Positions 43,817 to 51,553 of a stretch of DNA of 51,553 nucleotides are shown in pieces (the first letter of the stretch is position 1; every line of letters begins with the position of its first letter). The notes under the pieces are model-generated. The model had not been told where the DNA came from. It did no database searches and saw only the letters and a program-made list of their open reading frames with translations. Location: contig CAWDSG010000002.1 of the NCBI GenBank assembly GCA_963804975.1, forward strand, positions 1 through 51,553, written 5' to 3'. The stretch comes from an uncultured bacterium. GTDB taxonomy: Bacteria; Patescibacteriota; Minisyncoccia; Phycocordibacterales; GWA1-40-21. The position numbers and the translations under genes were made by a program.

Positions 43817-45322
43817 ATGAAAAAATTCGAATTTAACACATTTCTGGTTATCGCGCTTATCGTCCTTTTTTCGGTAACCGCATATGCTGCGCAATATATT
43901 CTCGGGCAGCCGACGGCTGTAATTTCCGCATCTTCAAGCCCGGTGTTTACCAGAAATCTTAGCACTGGAATGACAGGAAATGACGTCTCGGCTTTAAATG
44001 CAATATTGGACATTGAATTCAACACTGCGATTCAAAACTCAAACACATTCAACGCAAACACAAAATCCTACCTTATCAAATTACAGCAAAGATACGGGAT
44101 AACCGCAAACGGCTCTTTCGGAACCACAACCATAGATAAATTGAATTCGCTGGCAAACGAATACGGCGTTACGCTTGCAAATTTTGCATCGCCGGCATCA
44201 ACACAAGCATCAGCCGCGGTATCAACGCCAAGCGTTCCGCAGATTTTCACAGAGCCGCTCTCGCTTGGCTCCGTAAGCGACAAGGTTTCATTATTGAAGA
44301 ACATTTTAAACTCAGATCCGGCAACAGCTCTTGTTTTTACAACCGTTTCCGAACAATCAGCTCCGGCGAATCTATTCGACACGGCAACGCAAATCGCAGT
44401 AATAAAATTCCAGGAAAAATATGCGGGCGATATACTGAAGCCAAGCGGCCTCACTCATGGGACCGGTGCTGTCGGTCCGGCTACAATGAAAAAATTGAAT
44501 CAAATTTTAGCAAATTTGACCGGCTCGCAAAGTACAAGCGTAACAACAGTCAAACCGAATATTACCTCTCCTTCAAAAACAAATGTGATAAGCGGTTCGT
44601 GCACAACCGATCTTTGGAGCTGTGGCGATTGGGACCCGTGCAAGGCAGACGGCACACAAACCAGAATCTGCCAGATAACTTCCGCCTGCCAAAACCCCGG
44701 CGCAAATCATAATTTTACGGGACCGACCTCCCAATCATGCATTTATACTGCTCCTCCGGTATGCCCTGCCAGTTCGCCGCAGACAAAAACTTTTGTGCAA
44801 GATTTGAATTTTAACGGCTCGCGCCAAGGCGGAGTTAAATTTACTTTATCAGGATTGAAATCAATATATGGGCCGGGAGAAACAATCAATTTGTCAGGCA
44901 ATGTATCAATAACCGATGGCGGCCCTTTCGGCATTGACCAAATAAATATGACGGTAAACGGCACAGAAATAGTTCATGCAAGCGATAACGGCAAATATGG
45001 CGGCGGCAACAGCATATCAAACGGTTCAGGTTCCACAAGTTTTACCGCGCCGACAACGCCGGGCGCATACAGCATTCACATCTCATACTGGCTGGCTGAT
45101 GTATATGACGGAGGCCTGGCAATGATAGATTACAATCTTTACGGTTCAAAAGGTCCGAAAATCCAAAGCAACAAAACAGTTGACGATGAAAATCTTTCCT
45201 ATACGGTAAGCAATTGCACTCCTGCTTCACAAACATCCGCGCCAGCAACAAACGCTAAAAAATGCAGTTCTAATTTCCTTGGCATTTGTTGGCCAATTCT
45301 CCCGAATTTCTTTGGTTTTTAA
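43817..45322 (+). CDS. secreted/anchored protein with two peptidoglycan-binding-like repeats, a Cys-rich module and a beta-rich C-terminus
   Basis: N-terminal TM/signal segment. Two PG_binding_1-like segments (LSTGMTGNDVSALNAIL...GSFGTTTIDKLNSL and LSLGSVSDKVSLLKNIL...AVGPATMKKLNQIL). A cluster of 8 Cys residues lies between about residues 262 and 316. Confidence 0.6.
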   Translation: MKKFEFNTFLVIALIVLFSVTAYAAQYILGQPTAVISASSSPVFTRNLSTGMTGNDVSALNAILDIEFNTAIQNSNTFNANTKSYLIKLQQRYGITANGSFGTTTIDKLNSLANEYGVTLANFASPASTQASAAVSTPSVPQIFTEPLSLGSVSDKVSLLKNILNSDPATALVFTTVSEQSAPANLFDTATQIAVIKFQEKYAGDILKPSGLTHGTGAVGPATMKKLNQILANLTGSQSTSVTTVKPNITSPSKTNVISGSCTTDLWSCGDWDPCKADGTQTRICQITSACQNPGANHNFTGPTSQSCIYTAPPVCPASSPQTKTFVQDLNFNGSRQGGVKFTLSGLKSIYGPGETINLSGNVSITDGGPFGIDQINMTVNGTEIVHASDNGKYGGGNSISNGSGSTSFTAPTTPGAYSIHISYWLADVYDGGLAMIDYNLYGSKGPKIQSNKTVDDENLSYTVSNCTPASQTSAPATNAKKCSSNFLGICWPILPNFFGF

Positions 45323-45395
45323 CAGCCGATTTAAAAATAAATTGGAAAAATCCATTCGTGTAAAATTGATATTTGCTGTGTTATAATTATCACTG

Positions 45396-46379
45396 ATGAT
45401 AAACAGAAAATATTTTCCATCAAAAAAATTCGTCGCTTCTTTGTCGGTGGCTGTTATTCTTATTCTTATTGCGATCGCTTTAAGCTATCAGAAGCCAAAT
45501 ATTACGAAATACGGCGACAACAATTTGCTTGCTTCAAACGCAACATCCTCAATAAACGAAAAAGATTCCGATAATGACGGCCTTCCGGATTGGGAAGAAG
45601 CTCTTTACGGCACTAATCCGAATAATCCGGATACGGACGGAGACGGCACTCCTGATGGAGAAGAGATAAAAGAAGGCAGAGATCCTCTGAAAGCCAATAC
45701 CGCGAAAGTTGGCCAGGAACCGAACGACAAAATACCTCCTGAAATAATTGCCGAAAATCAGGCAATATCCACCGCAAACCAGGGCCTTAATGCCACCGAA
45801 AAAATGGCGCATAATCTGATATCAAATATTTTTGCCTCGCAGCCAATAAGCGGGGAAATGAACCAAGATACAATGAATACGCTTGTGGAGCAATCGCTTC
45901 AAGACATTCCGCAAAAGCAATTTGCAGGCACCACGACGATTTCGGATTTGAATCTGACACCTATAAATCAGAATAATGAAAAAGAAAAACTTTTCGCATA
46001 TGCAAACAATTATTATGCCGCCACAAAACCTCTGCAAAAATTACTCGGACAAGATATTGCCGTTATTAATAGTGCCATATCAAAAGAAACTGCCATCGAC
46101 CAAAAATCTTTAGAAAACATAATGGGACAATACCAGACCGCCATAAATATCTTTATAAAAATGCCTTTGCCCGCAATTGCCGGTTCTAGCGGAGAAATAT
46201 ATCATTTGGCTATTATCAACGACCTGGAAGCACTTGTGGCTATTGATAATGATATAATTAATTCCGGCAATGATACGGTGAATATTTATGCTGACATAGC
46301 AACTTATAACAATATATTAAATGATTTGGTAACATCGCTTAGCACAATTGATACTATTTTAGGAATAAAAAGGCAATGA
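45396..46379 (+). CDS. membrane-anchored protein with thrombospondin type-3-like Ca-binding repeats
   Basis: N-terminal TM segment followed by DSDNDGLPDWEE..NPNNPDTDGDGTPDGEE. Confidence 0.6.
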   Translation: MINRKYFPSKKFVASLSVAVILILIAIALSYQKPNITKYGDNNLLASNATSSINEKDSDNDGLPDWEEALYGTNPNNPDTDGDGTPDGEEIKEGRDPLKANTAKVGQEPNDKIPPEIIAENQAISTANQGLNATEKMAHNLISNIFASQPISGEMNQDTMNTLVEQSLQDIPQKQFAGTTTISDLNLTPINQNNEKEKLFAYANNYYAATKPLQKLLGQDIAVINSAISKETAIDQKSLENIMGQYQTAINIFIKMPLPAIAGSSGEIYHLAIINDLEALVAIDNDIINSGNDTVNIYADIATYNNILNDLVTSLSTIDTILGIKRQ

Positions 46380-46385
46380 AATACT

Positions 46386-48320
46386 ATGAATTTTTTAAAA
46401 AATTTTAATAAAAAAATATCCTGTTTGCTCATTATATCTATTTTAGCTGTTAATCTTTCTTTTTTGGCTTTTCCCCAAAAAACAAAAGCGGTGACAGTTT
46501 TGGGAACAGGAACATCTGCAGAAGAGGTGTGGTTCATAGCGAATGGAGTTCAGGCCGCTGCTTTTTATAATGCTGCAGTACCCGCCACAGCTGCATTTCA
46601 AGCAAAACAGCTTGCTGCCCCTTCTATTTGGAATATCCTTGAACAAGATGGCGTTCTTCCTGCTCTTCAGGCAATTGCAGAAGATATCGCAAGACAAATT
46701 ATTCAAAATATCACTGAAGCAACGGTAAATTGGATCAACAACGGTTTTAACGGCCAGCCAGCATATGTGTCAAATATAGGAAATTTTCTTGCGAATACGG
46801 CAGACCAGACAATCGGTGAAGAACTTTTAAATTCAGATTTGAATTTCCTTTGCACTCCATTCCAGCTTCAGGTCAAGCTCGCCCTCAACTTATCCTACTC
46901 GCAGCCGTATTATAAGCAGATTGGCTGTACTCTCACCGGAGCAATCGCAAACGCCACAAACGCAGTCAATGATTTTACAAGTGCGGAGGGATGGAATAAT
47001 TGGCTTCAGATGAGCACAAACCCGCAAAATAATCCTATTGGCGCATTTCTTATAGCGCAAAACCATATCAACACCCAGGTTGCGGCAAGACAGGCTTCCG
47101 CTTTAGCGGAAGTAAGTATCGGCCAAGGAGCTTTGAGTTATAAAGATTGCGTAGAAACCACAAAGGACAGCAATGGAGAGCTTGTGTCAACACGAGAATA
47201 TTTAGGTTCTGATTTTCTTAATGCCAGTGCTAACGTAACTTTGCCTAACGGTAAAAATATTGTCAATACCAACACTCCTGCAAATACAACGAACACAACA
47301 AATAAAACAACGACTGAATGTACAACTAAAACCCCAGGAGCTGTTATTACAAATATGCTCGGTTTTAGCGCCACCAGTGATGTCAGAGTAACCGAGCTTC
47401 AGGCAGCTTTATCAAACGGCATAGACCAGGTTCTTGGAAGCCTCGCAAACGCACTTATTAAAAAAGGACTTTCGGCGCTTCAAAACGGCGTGCTTGGAAA
47501 TAACAGCACTACAAACGCCGATTATAATTCACAGCTCAATTCAATACTGCAACAAACTCAGACGCAATATAACCAAACTGCGCAACAAGTTCAAAACCCG
47601 AATTATACTCCGGATTATAATCTTGGAAGCCAGCTCAATCAGTATGACACCTTTTTGGGCAACAATTACAGCTCCGGTTTCAATCCTACGCCGGAGACAG
47701 CCACGACAACAAACGGGCAAAGCATCAGCCCAAGCGATCCATTTTATTCCGAAAAAACAAATTCCATTTCAATCATCAACTCAATACTGAATTTTGAATA
47801 CAAATATCAGGATGTGTACGACGTGGCTCTTAACATACTTTCCGCGGGAAGAGATGTTTTTAACAGCGCAAAAAATTGCAATATTGCTCTTGGAGACCCC
47901 GCATCGTATTCCAGAGCGCTTTCCATAAACGCAAATGTCATTTCAAACATAGATAGAACAGTCAATTACAGCAAAACGATTCCGCAGATACCTTGGAGCT
48001 TGCCGGCTCTGGACAGCTCAATGATACTTTCAAATTCCCATGTTGATATCCTTAACAACGCACAAGACACAATAATAAGCGCCACTGCAGGCGATACGAT
48101 TTCAAGCGAGATGGATATTATAAATGGCACAAACTTCAACGCCGACCAGCCGCTTGCGAATATGATTAGCAATATAAAAGCATGGTTTACCCAAATGAGC
48201 ATTATGTACACGACAGCCCAGTGTCCGATAGATCTGACTTCTGCTCTCACCGGCAATGCGCCTGCGCAATCCGAAGGCGCAACAAGTTCAACTGTCACTT
48301 CCGGAAGCTTTTTGCAGTAA
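46386..48320 (+). CDS. large secreted N/T/Q-rich protein (possible secretion-system or surface component)
   Basis: 644 aa with a signal/anchor sequence and a start 6 nt after the preceding stop. A strong GC-rich terminator lies downstream. No family recognised. Confidence 0.6.
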   Translation: MNFLKNFNKKISCLLIISILAVNLSFLAFPQKTKAVTVLGTGTSAEEVWFIANGVQAAAFYNAAVPATAAFQAKQLAAPSIWNILEQDGVLPALQAIAEDIARQIIQNITEATVNWINNGFNGQPAYVSNIGNFLANTADQTIGEELLNSDLNFLCTPFQLQVKLALNLSYSQPYYKQIGCTLTGAIANATNAVNDFTSAEGWNNWLQMSTNPQNNPIGAFLIAQNHINTQVAARQASALAEVSIGQGALSYKDCVETTKDSNGELVSTREYLGSDFLNASANVTLPNGKNIVNTNTPANTTNTTNKTTTECTTKTPGAVITNMLGFSATSDVRVTELQAALSNGIDQVLGSLANALIKKGLSALQNGVLGNNSTTNADYNSQLNSILQQTQTQYNQTAQQVQNPNYTPDYNLGSQLNQYDTFLGNNYSSGFNPTPETATTTNGQSISPSDPFYSEKTNSISIINSILNFEYKYQDVYDVALNILSAGRDVFNSAKNCNIALGDPASYSRALSINANVISNIDRTVNYSKTIPQIPWSLPALDSSMILSNSHVDILNNAQDTIISATAGDTISSEMDIINGTNFNADQPLANMISNIKAWFTQMSIMYTTAQCPIDLTSALTGNAPAQSEGATSSTVTSGSFLQ

Positions 48321-48349
48321 TTTTCTATAAAAAAGATTAAAAACAAACA

Positions 48350-48385
48350 GCGGGGCGGGGCGCAAAGCGCCCCGCCTTGTTATTT
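48350..48385 (+). terminator. strong GC-rich intrinsic terminator
   Basis: GGCGGGGCGC-AAA-GCGCCCCGCC followed by TTGTTATTT. Confidence 0.8.
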
Positions 48386-48408
48386 GCTGTTATTTGCCCC
48401 GTATTGCT

Positions 48409-48436
48409 TTGAAAAAATATAAACGAATGGTATAAT
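48409..48436 (+). promoter_or_regulatory. sigma70-like promoter (TTGAAA-16-TGgTATAAT)
   Basis: Extended -10 box 12 nt upstream of the ATG at 48448. Confidence 0.5.
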
Positions 48437-48447
48437 TTTAGCATCCG

Positions 48448-50700
48448 ATGACCCGATTTTTCAAAAAAAAATCAATTGGGCTTTTTTTGCTATCTATCGC
48501 AATCTGCGGCTTTTTCTATTCTGGCATTGGTGTTGCAAATGCACAAACACCTGTAATATCCGGACATTTAATATATACAGATTATACAGGTGAAGGTGAG
48601 GCTGCAGAGCAGCATTATTTTGAGTATTTAGGTAATCAATCATGGTCGGAAATAGATAAAAATGGAAAAGTAATAGGAGCTGCCATATCAGATGCCGATA
48701 TGTTAAAAAATCATAATCAACAAAATAATTTTAACAAAGCACAAGCACAAGAAACAAATTATAAAACTAATCTTCCTGCAACTTATAACAAACCCGTTGC
48801 CGAAAATCCTTCGGTTTCAGGATCTGATGTTGCTGATTTTATTGGAGGAATTTTAAATCTTCCTACTGCTGCTGCTTGGCTATCTTTTTTCAATATATTA
48901 TTTTATACACTTGCTTTTATTTTATCAATCGCAGGTTTTCTTCTTGACGGAGCAATCGGTATTTCTTTGTTCGGAATGTCCAAAATTTTTGCAAATCTTG
49001 GACCGCTTGATCAAGTATGGTCACTTGTCAGAGATACAATGAATATCGTGTTTATTTTTATGCTCCTTTACATTGCCATCAGTATGATTCTCGGTAGTTT
49101 GGGAGTGAAAGCAAAAGCAAGCTTAACAAGCGTAATCGTCAGCGCCCTTTTTATAAATTTCAGCATGTTTATCGCAAAAGTGATAATAGATGCCGGAAAT
49201 CTTGTTGCGGTGGCCTTATATAACCAAATTCCCGGAAATTCTGCATTTGTCGGTACAGGAAGCAATCTTGGACATTCAATATTGTCCGGTCTTATTGTAA
49301 ATGGATTATCCGGCCAAAATTGGGGACAATTTTTTCTTAGCTTAAGTACGTTTTCAGGACAGGCAAATATACTGGTTTTTGTTATTTTAAAAACTATAGT
49401 TGTCGGCATATCTTGCTATGTATTGATTTACGCTGGAGGAATATTCATAGGAAGAATAGTTATGCTTATGATTCTTGCAGTGACCTCGCCTGTTGGCTTT
49501 ATTGGCGGAGCGATACCTTGGCTTGATGATTTGCGAGGCAAGTGGTGGAAAACTTTTACAGATCAAGTGATTGTAGCTCCTATGTTTATGTTCTTAATGC
49601 TTTTGTTTGTGAAGATGCTTGATATTATACATAGTATTAGCCAAGATACGACAAACGCATCAATGTGGGCTACAATATCTACAAAATTTGATTGGGCTAA
49701 TTACCTTTTTTATATATTGATGATAATCCTTCTTTGGGAAGGAATGAAAATGGTGAAACAAACGAGCGGCAAAGTTGGTGAAATGGCAAACAAAATAGGA
49801 GCCGCTCTTACAGTTGCAGGTGCAGCAGTCGCCACAATGGGTGTTGCTGGTGTTGTTGGTGTTGCTGGAGGCGTAGGAGCAGCAGCTAGAGGCGGAAGCT
49901 TCTTGGCAGGCGCCGCGAAAGGAGCCGGCCGTGTGATGAATGTGCCTTATAAATTTGCCACGGGCGAATATGAAAATAAATCTGGACCTTTAGGATACGC
50001 CGGAAGAGTTGTAAGGGGAGGAATATTGGGAGGAGCCGAAAAAATGACAGGCGGATTTATAAGCGAAAAAACAGTTAAAGAAGAAATGGCGAGAAAAAGA
50101 GGAGAGGTAACAAAAACAGAAACTGAATTGAAAGCGAAACAAGAAAGGATGGCGAGTACCTATCAGATAGCTATGGACAGAGCTCAAGCTACCGCAGAAA
50201 AAATAACAAAAGAGAAAAAAGATACTTTGGAAAACGAAAATAAGACCGATAGAAGAAATCTTGATAGAGCTAAAAAATGGTCTGAGGAACTTGATCAAAA
50301 GATTGCTATTCTTACTAATGCTGGGCAACCGGTACCAGCTGATTTAACTAACCAAAAAGCTCAAGCGGACGAACGATTAAGTAGGGCTCATGCAGAACTT
50401 GATGATTCGACGCAGAGACTAAGGAATTTCCAAATAACCCTTAAGAATAGGTTGGCCATTGAAGCTGCAAACCTCGGAACAACTGTTAGTGAATTGGCTC
50501 AAGAAAAGGTATCGGCAATTAGGCTTACTCCGGAAATCAAAGCGGCAGCTCTAAAGAGAATCCGGTTAGCAACCGAAATCAAACAAGGTCAATATACTAC
50601 AGCCGCTATTTTGGCTTCGCTCGGAAGATTGGCGATTACCCCTGAGGCGCAGGAAAAACTGGGCGAAGAAATGTACAAAGGTCCCGATAAAAAATCTTGA
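48448..50700 (+). CDS. polytopic membrane protein, VirB6/TrbL-like architecture
   Basis: 750 aa. Signal peptide ending VANAQ, an extracytoplasmic domain of about 130 aa, at least 6 TM segments, a Gly/Ala-rich tract and a C-terminal coiled coil of about 200 aa. The call rests on architecture only; no motif-level match could be verified. Confidence 0.5.
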   Translation: MTRFFKKKSIGLFLLSIAICGFFYSGIGVANAQTPVISGHLIYTDYTGEGEAAEQHYFEYLGNQSWSEIDKNGKVIGAAISDADMLKNHNQQNNFNKAQAQETNYKTNLPATYNKPVAENPSVSGSDVADFIGGILNLPTAAAWLSFFNILFYTLAFILSIAGFLLDGAIGISLFGMSKIFANLGPLDQVWSLVRDTMNIVFIFMLLYIAISMILGSLGVKAKASLTSVIVSALFINFSMFIAKVIIDAGNLVAVALYNQIPGNSAFVGTGSNLGHSILSGLIVNGLSGQNWGQFFLSLSTFSGQANILVFVILKTIVVGISCYVLIYAGGIFIGRIVMLMILAVTSPVGFIGGAIPWLDDLRGKWWKTFTDQVIVAPMFMFLMLLFVKMLDIIHSISQDTTNASMWATISTKFDWANYLFYILMIILLWEGMKMVKQTSGKVGEMANKIGAALTVAGAAVATMGVAGVVGVAGGVGAAARGGSFLAGAAKGAGRVMNVPYKFATGEYENKSGPLGYAGRVVRGGILGGAEKMTGGFISEKTVKEEMARKRGEVTKTETELKAKQERMASTYQIAMDRAQATAEKITKEKKDTLENENKTDRRNLDRAKKWSEELDQKIAILTNAGQPVPADLTNQKAQADERLSRAHAELDDSTQRLRNFQITLKNRLAIEAANLGTTVSELAQEKVSAIRLTPEIKAAALKRIRLATEIKQGQYTTAAILASLGRLAITPEAQEKLGEEMYKGPDKKS

Positions 50701-50719
50701 TTAATTATAAAATAAAATT

Positions 50720-51508
50720 ATGGATAATGATTTAGACAAAAATCTTGAAGAACAGTTCCAAAATCTACCGAAAGAACTTCGGGAGGCAATTTCTTCTGCT
50801 GATTTACCAAATAAGCTGCAACAAATAACAAAAAATAACCAAATTCTTCTTGATCAAGCAGAAAATGTACAAAAAGAAACATTATTGGTCCTTTTAGGAC
50901 TTGAGCCGCTTGAAAACTATACTGAAAACTTACAAAAAAATGCCGAGCTTACTAAAAATCAGGCTATAGCTATAGCTCATGATATAAACGAACTAGTATT
51001 CAAAAATGTCAGGGAAACATTACGAAAGATAAATGAAGATGCTGAAGCTGCAGAAGCCGGGGCAACAGCCGAAAAGGAAAAATTACCAGCAGCAAGCGCT
51101 CTGCAGCCGAGCAGGGAAGAAATACTTGCTGGCATTGAAAATCCGGAAAATATAAAAACAAAAGAAGAGGCCGTTTCAATCAGTTCGATTTCATCAAACA
51201 TTCCAAAACCTGCGGAGAAATCGGAGATAGCTCCTGAAAAAACAGAAATAAAAAATGATTTGCTTCCGGAAATATATCCAGAGACAAATATTTCCGCCGA
51301 GTCCGTGCTTTTACCGAAACAGGAACCGTACCATGAAAATATTTCTCCGGTAGAAAATATAGTGCAATCTAAAATGTCCGGACCGGTTATCGTACCGAAA
51401 GAAACTGTCGTAGTTGAAAAAACAAAATTGCCGGACCTGCCAGCCGGCCAGGCAGGAAAATCAAAACCTTCGGATTCCACAGACCCATATCGCGAACCAA
51501 TAATATAA
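50720..51508 (+). CDS. acidic low-complexity protein of unknown function
   Basis: 262-aa ORF starting 19 nt after the preceding stop. It carries the 21-bp palindrome in-frame near the C-terminus. Confidence 0.55.
   Translation: MDNDLDKNLEEQFQNLPKELREAISSADLPNKLQQITKNNQILLDQAENVQKETLLVLLGLEPLENYTENLQKNAELTKNQAIAIAHDINELVFKNVRETLRKINEDAEAAEAGATAEKEKLPAASALQPSREEILAGIENPENIKTKEEAVSISSISSNIPKPAEKSEIAPEKTEIKNDLLPEIYPETNISAESVLLPKQEPYHENISPVENIVQSKMSGPVIVPKETVVVEKTKLPDLPAGQAGKSKPSDSTDPYREPII
51436..51456 (+). repeat. GC-rich 21-bp palindromic element (1 substitution), in-frame in the 50720 ORF (encodes LPAGQAG)
   Basis: The + strand reads cctgccAgccggccaggcagg. Confidence 0.8.
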
Positions 51509-51514
51509 AATCAA

Positions 51515-51553
51515 ATGCAATTCCAAGTTCCACAATTCATAGAGGTTGAAGAC
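51515..51553 (+). CDS. 5' end of an ORF (MQFQVPQFIEVED...) resembling PrgI/VirB3-like T4SS proteins; truncated by the window end
   Basis: ATG 6 nt after the preceding stop. The N-terminal pattern M.F.VPQFI..EDK is recalled from PrgI-family annotations. Only 13 codons are visible. Confidence 0.3.
   Translation, partial: MQFQVPQFIEVED

Noticed and set aside
1-51553. A check for CRISPR arrays, transposases or IS ends, reverse transcriptases (retron, DGR, group II intron), an alternative genetic code and rRNA genes.
   Set aside because: No regularly spaced direct repeats were found. None of the ORF translations shows DDE/HUH or RT motifs. Long uninterrupted ORFs under the standard code argue against UGA reassignment. 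There are no rRNA-like conserved stretches.

Overview
The window is an AT-rich (by eye about 35-40% GC), gene-dense bacterial chromosome segment that reads cleanly in the standard code. Gene content suggests a Candidate Phyla Radiation / Patescibacteria (Parcubacteria-like) genome; this is inference only. The clues are a compact housekeeping set, many membrane-anchored orphan proteins, a T4SS-like surface gene block and tRNAs without encoded CCA. I can support about 60 CDS. Recognised genes are recJ, tpiA, rpsT, ruvA, fpg, acpP, holA-like, rsmE, clpP, rny, hup, cca, yraN, ftsH, smpB, xth, a xerC/D-like gene, rpsO, pnp, a comM/yifB-like gene, a pcrA/uvrD-like gene and rsmA, plus many hypotheticals. 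There are also 7 tRNAs, one tmRNA and many intrinsic terminators. No rRNA, CRISPR array, transposase or reverse transcriptase was seen. Four structures are not explained by ordinary annotation. (1) A 21-bp GC-rich palindrome, CCTGCCTG-[CCGGC/GCCGG]-CAGGCAGG, sits in-frame and always in the same codon phase inside unrelated housekeeping genes (recJ, holA, rsmE and the 50720 ORF). It encodes LPAGQAG or LPGRQAG. A short form splits the conserved GGVG motif of RuvA, and a stem-only variant lies in a 5' leader. (2) A roughly 33-bp intergenic repeat occurs 7 times, all on the + strand whatever the gene orientation, between 32.9 and 41.8 kb. It cuts the region into cassette-like units. (3) A cluster of parS-like 16-mers, two perfect DnaA boxes and phased AAAG(G)ACAT iterons flanks yraN at 18.3-19.6 kb. 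This is a candidate chromosome origin or centromere region with no dnaA gene nearby. (4) A co-directional block of secreted and polytopic membrane proteins (43.8-51.5 kb) ends in a VirB6/TrbL-like protein and a PrgI-like ORF start, so it looks like a T4SS-like envelope apparatus that runs off the window. Several candidate structured leaders and one candidate sRNA are also listed. All coordinates were counted by hand and may be off by a few bases.
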